64,000 nt of DNA from positions 248,617-312,616 of the forward strand of contig CANSHD010000001.1 in the NCBI GenBank assembly GCA_947646585.1, written 5' to 3'. The notes below the pieces were generated by a model. The model saw nothing but the letters and a program-made list of their open reading frames with translations. It searched no databases and was not told the DNA's origin. The position numbers and the translations under genes are program-made. Source of the stretch: an uncultured Alphaproteobacteria bacterium (GTDB lineage Bacteria > Pseudomonadota > Alphaproteobacteria > Rs-D84). Position 1 is the stretch's first letter, and each line of letters opens with the position of its first letter. Of the stretch, positions 27,262-36,608 are shown one piece after another.

Positions 27262-28035
27262 CTATTCTCCTTGTTCTGTGCGTTCTACAACCTCGGTCGC
27301 GACACGCAGATACGCCTGGGCGCCGGGGGAATTAAAGTCATAAAACAATGCCGGTTTGCCGTGGCTGGGGGCCTCGGACACGCGGACATTGCGCGGGATT
27401 ACCGTCTTGAATGTTTTGTCGCCGAATGTGTTGCGGATTTCATCCTCTACCGCGCGCGTTAAACTCTGGCGGCGGTCGTACATTGTTAATAATACGCCCA
27501 GGATGTCGATATTCGGGTTTAATTCGCGGCGCACACCCTCGATTGTGTTAATTAATTGCTGAACACCTTCCAATGAATAAAATTCGCACTGCATCGGGAT
27601 GATAACGCCGTCGGCGGCCGCCAGTGCGTTTGCGGTAATGTTTCCCATCGCGGGCGGACAGTCCAGCAATATGTAATCATAATAATCGCGCACGGGCACC
27701 AATGCATCGCGCAGACGATAGAATCGGTTGTCTTCGGTGTACAGCTCAACCTCGGCCGCGGCCAGCTGTTGGGTCGACGGCATGATATGCAGATTCGGCA
27801 CCGCCGTTGTTAAAATATTGTCAGCGGCCGTCGCCGTGCCCTTTAACACGCCGTAGACGCTTTGGCGGTGTGACGAGCGCACAAACCCCAGACCTGTTCC
27901 GGCGTTGCCCTGTTGGTCCAAATCAATCAGCAGCACGCGCTTTTTAATCGCGGCCAGGGATGCACCGATATTTATCGCGGTTGTGGTTTTGCCCACGCCG
28001 CCTTTTTGGTTTGCAAATGCTATTATTTTTGTCAT
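27262..28035 (-). CDS. parA: chromosome partitioning ATPase ParA
   Basis: deviant Walker A FANQKGGVGKTTTAIN; 257 aa. Confidence 0.95.
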   Translation of the reverse strand: MTKIIAFANQKGGVGKTTTAINIGASLAAIKKRVLLIDLDQQGNAGTGLGFVRSSHRQSVYGVLKGTATAADNILTTAVPNLHIMPSTQQLAAAEVELYTEDNRFYRLRDALVPVRDYYDYILLDCPPAMGNITANALAAADGVIIPMQCEFYSLEGVQQLINTIEGVRRELNPNIDILGVLLTMYDRRQSLTRAVEDEIRNTFGDKTFKTVIPRNVRVSEAPSHGKPALFYDFNSPGAQAYLRVATEVVERTEQGE

Positions 28036-28152
28036 TCTTTTTCCCGATATTTACCGGCCTTTATGGTATAAAATCATGTCGTTTCAGTCAAGATATTTAA
28101 ATATAATAAGTTTTGTTGTTAAAAAATCGTTAAAAATCAATATATTGTTAAT

Positions 28153-28168
28153 AATTTCATGTGAAATA
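28153..28168. promoter_or_regulatory. parS-like site (imperfect) AATTTCATGTGAAATA, inside a 27-bp repeat upstream of parA
   Basis: core TTTCA(T/C)GTGAAA matches parS consensus tGTTTCACGTGAAACa core. Confidence 0.5.
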
Positions 28169-28244
28169 ATACGTTTTGTCGATTTTTTGACAAATGGTAC
28201 GTTCTGTGTTATAATATATAATCTGTGTAATATGGAGGGTAATT

Positions 28245-29231
28245 GTGAAGTTTAAGAAATTACTTACTTTGTCTGCAGGCTTAAGCGTGCTGCTGGGCAC
28301 GTCTATCGGCTGTGCGGTATGGGGGGGGGCGTCTGATAATAAAACGCCAGACAAGGCGGTTAAAACGATTCGTTTTAAGCCATTGCCTGATTTGAAAACC
28401 GCAACTGACACTTTATATTTTACAAACGAAAATTTTGATGCGAAATACGCGCATGCCGCGGCGGGGCAGTTTATACCGGGTACGAACACCGTTCGTGTCT
28501 CGTATTTTATGTATGACGACACGGCCAATGCGCGCGTGCGTTTAAATTGTGACAACGCGAATGAATCGGTTGAGGTTGTTCGTCGTCACGAGATGGAGCA
28601 TGCGCGCAAGGCGAATGTCGTTCAGGATGTGATGGGATTGTCGCCGTGGGACCGGGCACGCCTGGCGGTTATGAATGAATCCATGGCGCCCGGCGGCGAG
28701 ATTATCGAGGCGGTGGAGTATCATATCAAAACCGGCGAGCGTTATCCGCAGAACCGCGCGTTTCTGTGGCACGCCGACAGTTTGATTATGGCGCGTCACA
28801 ATGAAAAGAATTTCGGGTTCGGTGACGGTGTTCCGGTTGATTTTTCGGACCCTGTTATCGCCGATATTGTTTTGGAAAGCGCTGTCGATAAATTTGCCAG
28901 GGATCACAAGCGCGGTTTTTATCACACAAAAATAAGGAGTGAATTAAAAGGGGTTAAACGTTCGAAATACAAGCCGCACAATCAGTGTGATTTAAAGCCG
29001 AATATGTCGAACTATTTTCCGATGGCGAATCAGTGGGGGATATTGTGGACATATGATGTCACTTCTCCGTGGACGATTTTGAAAAAGAGACAGGTTGATG
29101 TTTGGAATTGTGCCAGTGAAACAACGCGCCGCCGCGTGATAAACAAGGTTGATTCGATTGTGAAAACGGATATGGCTGCCGGCCAAATGTTAATGTTGAA
29201 AACTTTTAAATATCCGCACTCAAATCAATAA
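28245..29231 (+). CDS. lipoprotein / secreted protein with HExxH zinc-metallopeptidase motif (RRHEMEHAR), unknown family
   Basis: signal peptide with Cys (LLGTSIGC); HEMEH; AT-rich own promoter (gttataatatataat); flanked by 27-bp direct repeats. Confidence 0.6.
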   Translation: MKFKKLLTLSAGLSVLLGTSIGCAVWGGASDNKTPDKAVKTIRFKPLPDLKTATDTLYFTNENFDAKYAHAAAGQFIPGTNTVRVSYFMYDDTANARVRLNCDNANESVEVVRRHEMEHARKANVVQDVMGLSPWDRARLAVMNESMAPGGEIIEAVEYHIKTGERYPQNRAFLWHADSLIMARHNEKNFGFGDGVPVDFSDPVIADIVLESAVDKFARDHKRGFYHTKIRSELKGVKRSKYKPHNQCDLKPNMSNYFPMANQWGILWTYDVTSPWTILKKRQVDVWNCASETTRRRVINKVDSIVKTDMAAGQMLMLKTFKYPHSNQ

Positions 29232-29240
29232 ATTGTTAAT

Positions 29241-29256
29241 AATTTCACGTGAAATT
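29241..29256. promoter_or_regulatory. parS-like perfect 16-bp palindrome AATTTCACGTGAAATT at rsmG 3' end
   Basis: 12-bp core identical to parS core TTTCACGTGAAA; overlaps the rsmG stop codon. Confidence 0.55.
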
Positions 29257-29815
29257 ACCGGTGTTTTTCGATAATTATAATATTGCCGTCGCCGGTCTTG
29301 GATGGAACAAGTCTGTAATCGAATTTATATTTTGTTTTAGCGGTGGCGACCTCGCTCTCAATCTCCCGGCCTTTTAATAAAAAAAGCCGGCATTTTGTTC
29401 GGGCGACATAATCCAAAATCTTTATCAGCGGTGCAAACGCGCGCGCCGTAAATACGGTTGTGTCGGGATTTACCGGTGTTTTTTTAATAAAATCTTCGAC
29501 GCGGCCGTGATAAACGGTTAAATTGTCCAGTTTCAGCTGTTCTTTTACCTCTGTTAAAAAGGCGGTTTTTTTGCCAATGGATTCAATGCATGTCACGTTA
29601 AAGCCAAGTATTGCCAGAACGACGCCCGGGAATCCGGCCCCGCTGCCCAAATCTATTACGTTTACGCCCGCGGGTAAAATGTCGGCCAGCTGGGCGCTGT
29701 CGGCAAAGTGGCGGTTTTCTATGTCGGCCAGTGTGCTGGGGGCGACCAGATTCATTTTTTTTGACCATTCGCGCAACAGGCGCCCGTACAATTCAAATTT
29801 GTCTTTATTATTCAT
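29255..29815 (-). CDS. rsmG: 16S rRNA (guanine527-N7)-methyltransferase RsmG (GidB)
   Basis: SAM motif VIDLGSGAGFPGVVLAI; 186 aa; rsmG-parA-parB order. Confidence 0.85.
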   Translation of the reverse strand: MNNKDKFELYGRLLREWSKKMNLVAPSTLADIENRHFADSAQLADILPAGVNVIDLGSGAGFPGVVLAILGFNVTCIESIGKKTAFLTEVKEQLKLDNLTVYHGRVEDFIKKTPVNPDTTVFTARAFAPLIKILDYVARTKCRLFLLKGREIESEVATAKTKYKFDYRLVPSKTGDGNIIIIEKHR

Positions 29816-29841
29816 AAGGAATATTGTAGCATAAACTTGTC

Positions 29842-31458
29842 ATGAGAAAAACAGAAACTTTATTTATAGGTGCGGGCCTGGTCGCCGCGTTGGTTGTGTC
29901 GGGTGTTGTCGCGTGGCGTGCGTTTACGCCCGCGTCCGACGATGCGTCGCATCAGTATCCGACCACAAAATACGGCGCTTTTTTGGCGGCCCAGCATGCG
30001 ATTTATATCAATGATTTTGAACGTGCGGCCGAATTCGGGCGCACGCTGGACAATATCGAATACGCCGTTGTGTATAACACGCGGATGCTGTCCGAATTTT
30101 TAAGCGGTCGCCTGCCCGGCGACGCAAAATTGATGCGTGATGAAAAGAACGCCGCCGCGCGCATGATTTATGACGCCTATCTGGTCGACCAGGGTCATTG
30201 GGACGAACTGTACAAACGTCATAAAAAAGACACATCCGCGCTGTCGGCGCCGTTGCGCATATGGTCGTCGGTTGCGACAAAGCACAGCGGGGATGCGATA
30301 AAGTTCATTTCGAAACTGCCGACAAACGAATCATGGAAGGCGTTCACACGCGGCCAGATTTATGCCCAGGCGGGCGATGTCGCCGCGGCCGAGAAAGAGT
30401 TTGCGGCCGTTTCCGCGGACTTTATGAATATCAACGACTATCTGTATGTAATGTCGTTTTACCGCGCCAATGACTTGAACGGCGCGGCGGCAAAACTGCG
30501 CGAAGATTTTACCTCCAAACCCGGCGGGATGTACATGCTGGGCTATGACACGGTGCCGGATTGGTCCGTGTATGCGGGGAATAAAAACGCGCTGGCGTTC
30601 AGTCTGATTCAAAATGTATCGCATACCCAGATTATGATGTATTCGGATTTGTCGCTGCTGCTGTTGCGTTTCGCTCAGATAACGGGTTCCGATTTTGCGG
30701 CGAACAACGATGCGATAAACTATTACCTGGGCCAGTATTTTTATAACAATGCCGGCGATTGCGGGAAATACTTCGGCGCAATATCACAGAACAGTCCGTT
30801 CTATCTGTTCGGGGTTCTGCGCATGGCGGACAAGACGAATGATTTTGCAGCGCTTTCCGCCGCGATGGAGGCCTCGCCCCTGTTCGTGCCGGGCGCCACG
30901 CGGCTAATTGCGCATTATGTCGCCAATGGCGACCGTCGCGCCGCTTTGCGCGTTGTGGAACGGGCGCTGGCCGATGACAATATTACGCCGCAGGGGCGCG
31001 GATACTTTTTAAAGAGCAGGGCGCAAATCAATTTTGCATTCGGCGATTTGGACGCGGCGCAGAGTGATATTCGCGCGGCCTCGGACGAGCTGCCTATTGA
31101 CGGCGAAATTTTGGCGCTGCAGTCCAAGATATGGGCGATGCAGAACCGAGAGCTGGAAAATGCGTACGAATATGCGATGGGATTGGTTCGCCAGAATCCG
31201 ACGGATGTTTTTGCGTGGGACGTTCTGGGGCGTGTCGTCGCCGTTCGTGAAAGCGACGATGCCGCGTTGGAGTTGATAGAGCGTGTCGGCGAGGTTTCCA
31301 ACAGCTGCTCTTCATTGTTCGAACAGCTGGGCGATTTATATGCCACGCGCGGTGATGCCAAGCGTGCGCGCGACGCGTATTTGCGTGCGATTGAATTGGC
31401 CGATGACGGGTTGGTTGTCATACCGTTGGTTGAAAAGAAGATAAGGAAATTAAAATGA
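29842..31458 (+). CDS. membrane-anchored TPR-repeat protein
   Basis: N-terminal TM LFIGAGLVAALVVSGVVAW; multiple TPR-like A/Y/L repeats (..YAQAGDVAAAEKEF.., ..LGDLYATRGDAKRARDAYLRAIEL..). Confidence 0.6.
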   Translation: MRKTETLFIGAGLVAALVVSGVVAWRAFTPASDDASHQYPTTKYGAFLAAQHAIYINDFERAAEFGRTLDNIEYAVVYNTRMLSEFLSGRLPGDAKLMRDEKNAAARMIYDAYLVDQGHWDELYKRHKKDTSALSAPLRIWSSVATKHSGDAIKFISKLPTNESWKAFTRGQIYAQAGDVAAAEKEFAAVSADFMNINDYLYVMSFYRANDLNGAAAKLREDFTSKPGGMYMLGYDTVPDWSVYAGNKNALAFSLIQNVSHTQIMMYSDLSLLLLRFAQITGSDFAANNDAINYYLGQYFYNNAGDCGKYFGAISQNSPFYLFGVLRMADKTNDFAALSAAMEASPLFVPGATRLIAHYVANGDRRAALRVVERALADDNITPQGRGYFLKSRAQINFAFGDLDAAQSDIRAASDELPIDGEILALQSKIWAMQNRELENAYEYAMGLVRQNPTDVFAWDVLGRVVAVRESDDAALELIERVGEVSNSCSSLFEQLGDLYATRGDAKRARDAYLRAIELADDGLVVIPLVEKKIRKLK

Positions 31459-32315
31459 TTGTTGGTGTTGTCGGCGCCGGTGCATGGGGCACGGCGCTTG
31501 CCGTTACGGCGGCGCGCGGCGGGGCGGATGTTGTGTTGTGGTCTTATGACGGCGGGGCAAAGGAATTTGACGGCATCGCGATGCCGGCGTGCGTGCGTTT
31601 AACGCGCGACATGGCGGATTTGCGCGGTGCGGACGTATGGCTTGTCGTGACGCCGGCCGCATATTTCCGCGAGACTGTGCGCGCCGCCCGCGATTATTAC
31701 AACGGTGTGCCGGTGATAATATGCACCAAGGGGGCCGAGTATTCGACAGGGTGCTTTATGTCAGAAATACTGCGTACGGAGTTGCCGGCATGCAATGATT
31801 TCGGCGTTTTGTCCGGGCCCCAGTTCGCGGCCGAGGTTGCCGCCGGCGTGCCCACGGGCTCCACTTTGGCGGGAACGCCGCTGGCGCGCCGTGTCGGGGC
31901 CGCGGCGCTGAACAAACTGTACATCAGCGAAAGCGACGACGTAATCGGCGCCGAGATGTGCGGCGTCGGCAAGAATGCGGTCGCGCTTATTTGCGGATAT
32001 ACCAGTATAAAATCCGGCGAGAACGAGCGCGCGATGATTTTCACCCGCGCCTGGGGCGAGGTTGTGAAAATCGGCATGGCGCTGGGGGCGAAAGAGGGCA
32101 CGTTCTTGGACTTGTGCGGAATCGGCGATTTGTTCCTGTCGGCGACGTCGGCAACGTCGCGCAACTTTGCCGCCGGCATGGCGATTGCAGAGGGGCGTCC
32201 GATACAGGGCACCGTTGAGGGTATCTTTGCATTGTCCGGCATACTGTCGCGTGCGGAAAGTTTGGGGATAGGGACGCCCGTGCTGTCCGAAATGCGGCGC
32301 ACGCTGAAATTGTAA
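31455..32315 (+). CDS. gpsA: NAD(P)H-dependent glycerol-3-phosphate dehydrogenase (short form)
   Basis: MIVGVVGAGAWGTALA Rossmann; ICTKGAE..; GPQFAAEVAAGVPT; 286 aa vs ~330 typical. Confidence 0.78.
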   Translation: MIVGVVGAGAWGTALAVTAARGGADVVLWSYDGGAKEFDGIAMPACVRLTRDMADLRGADVWLVVTPAAYFRETVRAARDYYNGVPVIICTKGAEYSTGCFMSEILRTELPACNDFGVLSGPQFAAEVAAGVPTGSTLAGTPLARRVGAAALNKLYISESDDVIGAEMCGVGKNAVALICGYTSIKSGENERAMIFTRAWGEVVKIGMALGAKEGTFLDLCGIGDLFLSATSATSRNFAAGMAIAEGRPIQGTVEGIFALSGILSRAESLGIGTPVLSEMRRTLKL

Positions 32316-32318
32316 TTG

Positions 32319-32346
32319 AAAACCGGCAAACGCCGGTTTTTTTATA
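32319..32346 (+). terminator. rho-independent terminator after gpsA
   Basis: aaaaccggcaaacgccggtttttttat. Confidence 0.8.
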
Positions 32347-32427
32347 TGCCTTTTACCGGCAATATTTATTGATTTTCGGTTTTTTATCTTGTATCGTGAA
32401 ACTCGTGAAAAGAAAGGTGTTTTAACA

Positions 32428-32628
32428 ATGGAATCCGAGAAATTATCCTTTGAAGATGCTTATAAACAGTTGATGGAATTGGTTCGTAAAATGGAAAGCG
32501 GTGAATTGCCGCTGGCGGCGTCGGTTGAGGCGTACGAGCAGGGGATAAAATTAAAGGCGTATTGCGAGCAGCTGTTAAAAGAGGCTGAGCTGAAAATTGA
32601 AACGCTGAAAGTCGGCACAAACCAGTAA
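32428..32628 (+). CDS. xseB: exodeoxyribonuclease VII small subunit
   Basis: MESEKLSFEDAYKQLMELVRKMESGELPL..EAYEQGIKLKAYCEQLLKEAELKIE; 66 aa. Confidence 0.8.
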   Translation: MESEKLSFEDAYKQLMELVRKMESGELPLAASVEAYEQGIKLKAYCEQLLKEAELKIETLKVGTNQ

Positions 32629-32650
32629 TTTTTATCAAACGGATATAACA

Positions 32651-35221
32651 GTGGCGGATAAAAGCAAATTAAGCCCGGTCATGCAGCAATATGTTGACAT
32701 GAAGGCCGAGAATCCCGATGCCTTGCTAATGTTTCGGCTGGGCGATTTTTATGAGGCGTTTTTTGACGACGCCCGTCAGATTAGTGATGCGTTAAGCCTG
32801 GTTCTGACACAGCGCGGAACCGACGCGTCGGGTGAAAACATTCCGATGTGCGGAATCCCATGGCATGCGGCGGACAATTATTTCGGCCGTCTGGTACGTG
32901 CCGGGTACAAGGTTGCACTGGTTGAGCAGATGGAAACCCCCGCCCAGGCCAAGGCCCGCGGGCACAAGTATATCGAGCGCAAGGTTATCCGCGTTTTAAC
33001 GCCGGGAACATTGACGGATGAAAATCTGCTGTCGCCGAAAAATTCCAATTTTTTAGTGGCGATAATGCCGGCCGGCGGCGTTTATCATATCGCCGGCTGT
33101 GACATATCCACGGGCGAGTTTTTTATCGGCCAAAGCGCGAATCCCGTCGACGACATGGTTCGCGTGGCGCCGGCCGAATTGATATACCCGGCCGCCGTGG
33201 CCGAAACGGAAACAATAATGCGTCTGCGCGATACGTTCAAGACGACGCCCGTGTATGAAAAACTGTACCTGCGCGCGGATATAGACATGATTGTTTCGCG
33301 CGTGTTTGGCGGCGCGGTCCCGGACGGCGTATCCGCCGCCACTGGCGACAGTGCGGTCGCTTTGCTGGCGGGGTACTTGTTTAATACCCAGCGCGGGGCG
33401 AACATAACGTTTCGCGCGGCGCGCCGGTTTAATTCCGGGGCGCAGTTGTTGATTGATTCCGCCACATGGAAAAGTCTGGAAATCGATTCCGCAATAAACG
33501 ACGGCGGCACATGTCTGCTGGATGTGTTGGACAATACGAAAACGGCGGCCGGGGCGCGCCGCCTGCGCGGATATCTGCGCACCTTAACAGGCGACATGGG
33601 CGAAATTATGGCGCGCCAGGAGCATATCGGGCACTTAATGCTAAACACCGACATTATGGGGGCGCTGGCGGCGGCATTGGGGGCGGTTCCCGATGTCGGG
33701 CGCAGTCTGTCGCGCCTGCTCTCAAATCGCGGCAGTCCGCGTGATTTGCGTCATATATCGGACTTTTTGATTGAGCTGCCGAATGTAAAGATGATGGGGA
33801 TGCGTCTGGACCGGACACTGGCCGACCGGTTTGCGGCGATTGATACTCACGACGCGTTTGCCAGTCGCCTGCGCAGTGCGCTGGCCGACAGTCTGCCGAC
33901 ATTTTTCCGCGACGGCGGCACAATCCGCGACGGATTTGATGCGGCGCTGGACAATATGCGGGGGCTTGCCCACGGGGCCAAAGAAACGATTGCCGCGCTG
34001 CAGGCCGAATATGCCGCCACCACGGGCGTCGCCACGCTTAAGATTAAGTACAACAATATTTTGGGATATTTCATAGAGGTGCCCAGCGCCCGCGCCGATG
34101 CGTTAATGCAGCCCGAAAGCGGATTTATCCATCGCCAGACAATGGCGGGCAACATGCGCTTTACAACGGCGCGCTTGATTGATTTGGACAACGATGTGCG
34201 CAGTGCCGCCGACCGCGCCGCCGGTATCGAGGCCGAGATAATAGACACCCTTATCGAAAATATCAGACAGATTGCGGATTCGTTGCTTTCCGCGGCCGAA
34301 CTGATTGCAGATGCCGACGTTTGGTATTCTTTGGCGACGGTTGCGGGGCGCTATAACTGGACGCGGCCCGTCATAACCGACGGCGGGGATTTTGACGTCG
34401 TGGGCGCGCGCCACCCGGTAATAGAGCATGTTCTGCGTTCGCGCGCGGACAATTTTGTGAAAAACGACTGTAATCTGGATGCGCGTCCCATTTCATTGTT
34501 AACAGGACCGAATATGGCCGGTAAATCGACATACCTGCGCCAGAACGCGTTACTGGTGGTGCTGGCCCATATGGGGTCGTTTGTGCCCGCCACGCGCGCG
34601 CAAATCGGCATTTGCGACCAGTTGTTCAGCCGTGTCGGCGCGTCGGACAATTTAGCGGCGGGCCAGTCCACGTTTATGGTCGAAATGTCGGAAACCGCAA
34701 ATATATTGCAGCGTGCGACAAACCGCTCGTTCATTATCTTTGACGAAATAGGGCGCGGCACCGCGACATACGACGGTATGGCAATCGCCCAGGCGGTATT
34801 GGAATATTTAAACGATTTGGGCGCGCGTGCACTGTTCGCAACGCATTATCATGAATTGACCGCGCTGTCGGCCGATACGTCGGGGCCGCTGCAGAATGTG
34901 TCGTGTTTAACCATTGACGTGCGCGAGCATAATAATGAAATCGTATTCATGCACAAGATAATTCCGGGCGTCGCCAACCGCTCTTACGGTATTCAGGTTG
35001 CGCGCATGGCCGGCATGCCGGCATCCGTTGTGGCGCGTGCCGATGCGGTCTTGGCCGCACTGGAGGAAACGCGCAATGTGGCGCCGACCCCACAGGTTGC
35101 ACCAAACGCGTCCGTGCCGGCATCCGCGCCCGATACACCGCCCGCACCGTCCGCGTCGCCGCGCCCGTCGCGTGTGGCGGAGCCTAAAAAGGACACACCA
35201 CAACTTAGCTTATTCGGATAA
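32651..35221 (+). CDS. mutS: DNA mismatch repair protein MutS
   Basis: N-terminal mismatch-binding motif RLGDFYEAFFDDA; Walker A GPNMAGKSTYLRQ; 856 aa; Pro/Ala-rich C-terminal tail. Confidence 0.95.
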   Translation: MADKSKLSPVMQQYVDMKAENPDALLMFRLGDFYEAFFDDARQISDALSLVLTQRGTDASGENIPMCGIPWHAADNYFGRLVRAGYKVALVEQMETPAQAKARGHKYIERKVIRVLTPGTLTDENLLSPKNSNFLVAIMPAGGVYHIAGCDISTGEFFIGQSANPVDDMVRVAPAELIYPAAVAETETIMRLRDTFKTTPVYEKLYLRADIDMIVSRVFGGAVPDGVSAATGDSAVALLAGYLFNTQRGANITFRAARRFNSGAQLLIDSATWKSLEIDSAINDGGTCLLDVLDNTKTAAGARRLRGYLRTLTGDMGEIMARQEHIGHLMLNTDIMGALAAALGAVPDVGRSLSRLLSNRGSPRDLRHISDFLIELPNVKMMGMRLDRTLADRFAAIDTHDAFASRLRSALADSLPTFFRDGGTIRDGFDAALDNMRGLAHGAKETIAALQAEYAATTGVATLKIKYNNILGYFIEVPSARADALMQPESGFIHRQTMAGNMRFTTARLIDLDNDVRSAADRAAGIEAEIIDTLIENIRQIADSLLSAAELIADADVWYSLATVAGRYNWTRPVITDGGDFDVVGARHPVIEHVLRSRADNFVKNDCNLDARPISLLTGPNMAGKSTYLRQNALLVVLAHMGSFVPATRAQIGICDQLFSRVGASDNLAAGQSTFMVEMSETANILQRATNRSFIIFDEIGRGTATYDGMAIAQAVLEYLNDLGARALFATHYHELTALSADTSGPLQNVSCLTIDVREHNNEIVFMHKIIPGVANRSYGIQVARMAGMPASVVARADAVLAALEETRNVAPTPQVAPNASVPASAPDTPPAPSASPRPSRVAEPKKDTPQLSLFG

Positions 35222-35223
35222 AC

Positions 35224-36096
35224 ATGGCGAACGGCTGGATTATTTTGGACAAGGCACCCGGATTGTTCTCCCGCACGGCGGGGGGGCGCGTGGCGCGAAT
35301 GTTTGGAATAAAAAAGTTCGGTCATATCGGCACGCTGGACCCGATGGCGTCTGGCGTTTTGCCGATTGCGATTGGCGACGCAACAAAAATGATTCCGTTC
35401 GTCGAGAATGCGCACAGCCCCATCAAAGAATATCTTTTTTCCATGCAGTTCGGCTTTGAAACGGATTCATTGGATATAACCGGACGCGTTACGCGCCGCG
35501 ATGATTTTGTGCCGGATAATTCGGCCGTGACGGCGGCATGCGAAAAATTTACGGGCAATATAATGCAGACGCCGCCCGCGTATTCCGCCGTGCATGTGGA
35601 CGGCCGCCGCGCATACGAATTGGCGCGCCGCGGCGCCGCGCCCGATATTCCGCCGCGGCCCGTGACGATTTATGAGTTGGAATACGTCGGCCGTGACGGG
35701 CCGTCGTGGCATTTTCGCACGCGGTGCAGCCGCGGCACATATGTGCGAAGCTTAGCGCGCGATATCGCCGCCGCCGCAGGCGGAATCGCGACCGTTGACA
35801 TGATACGCCGGACGGAAACAAACGGTTTTACCCTTAAATCCGCGGTGACACTTGATTTTTTGGAAAATCTGTTTAATAATGGGGGCGACGTTGGAAAATA
35901 TCTGATGTCGGCGGACTATGGACTGGGGGACATTCCGGTCTGTCGTCTGGCGGATAATGACGCGCGTTTTTATATAAACGGCGGCTTTATCGAAACAGGT
36001 GGGACGGACGGCCTGCGTCGTGTTTATAACGGTGATAATTTTATCGGCGTTGGAAATGTGACCGGCGGCGTACTGCGCCCAAAAAGGACTATTTAA
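35224..36096 (+). CDS. truB: tRNA pseudouridine(55) synthase TruB
   Basis: GWIILDKAPGLFS..KFGHIGTLDPMASGVLPIAIG catalytic Asp motif. Confidence 0.9.
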   Translation: MANGWIILDKAPGLFSRTAGGRVARMFGIKKFGHIGTLDPMASGVLPIAIGDATKMIPFVENAHSPIKEYLFSMQFGFETDSLDITGRVTRRDDFVPDNSAVTAACEKFTGNIMQTPPAYSAVHVDGRRAYELARRGAAPDIPPRPVTIYELEYVGRDGPSWHFRTRCSRGTYVRSLARDIAAAAGGIATVDMIRRTETNGFTLKSAVTLDFLENLFNNGGDVGKYLMSADYGLGDIPVCRLADNDARFYINGGFIETGGTDGLRRVYNGDNFIGVGNVTGGVLRPKRTI

Positions 36097-36116
36097 AAAA
36101 CAAAAAAGGAAAAACA

Positions 36117-36389
36117 ATGTCCATTACAAAAGAAAAGACAGCGGAACTGGTACAATCATACAAGACGACCAATACTGACAACGGCGGCAGTGCCGAGGCT
36201 CAGGTTGCAATCTTGACCGAACGTATCCGCAACTTGACGGAACATATGAAGGCCAACCACAAGGACCAGCATTCAAAACGCGGTCTGTTGTTAATGGTTA
36301 ACCGCCGCAAGAAATTGCTGGCGTACATCAAGAAAAACGATGTGGCCAAATACGAAGAACTGATTAAGAAATTGGGTCTGCGTAAATAA
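36117..36389 (+). CDS. rpsO: 30S ribosomal protein S15
   Basis: TERIRNLTEHMKANHKDQHSKRGLLLMVNRRKKLLAYI; 90 aa. Confidence 0.95.
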   Translation: MSITKEKTAELVQSYKTTNTDNGGSAEAQVAILTERIRNLTEHMKANHKDQHSKRGLLLMVNRRKKLLAYIKKNDVAKYEELIKKLGLRK

Positions 36390-36392
36390 TAA

Positions 36393-36420
36393 AAACCGCC
36401 CCGCGTGGGCGGTTTTTTAA
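36393..36420 (+). terminator. rho-independent terminator after rpsO
   Basis: aaaaaccgccccgcgtgggcggtttttt. Confidence 0.85.
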
Positions 36421-36434
36421 TAGTGATTTTAATA

Positions 36435-36462
36435 TTGCAATCCGATTTTTCTTTGTTATAAT
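36435..36462 (+). promoter_or_regulatory. sigma70-like promoter of tRNA-Val (TTGCAA-16-TATAAT)
   Basis: ttgcaa 36435-40, tataat 36457-62, tRNA starts 36474. Confidence 0.55.
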
Positions 36463-36473
36463 CGGGGGCGAAT

Positions 36474-36550
36474 GGATGTGTAGCTCAGTTGGTTAGAGTA
36501 TCTCCTTGACATGGAGGGGGTCGTTGGTTCGAGTCCAATCACATCCACCA
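36474..36550 (+). tRNA. tRNA-Val (anticodon GAC)
   Basis: GGATGTG acceptor, D-arm TAGCTCAGTTGGTTAGAGT, anticodon loop CUUGACAUG, T-arm GGTTCGAGTCC, ..CACATCC-A-CCA; 77 nt. Confidence 0.9.
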
Positions 36551-36555
36551 GATTT

Positions 36556-36590
36556 AACAGACGTGACGCCCATCGGCGTCTGTTTTTATA
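36556..36590 (+). terminator. hairpin + T-run after tRNA-Val, 20 nt before metG
   Basis: acagacgtgacgcccatcggcgtctgtttttat. Confidence 0.65.
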
Positions 36591-36608
36591 TAAAGCGGGG
36601 ATTTTGAC

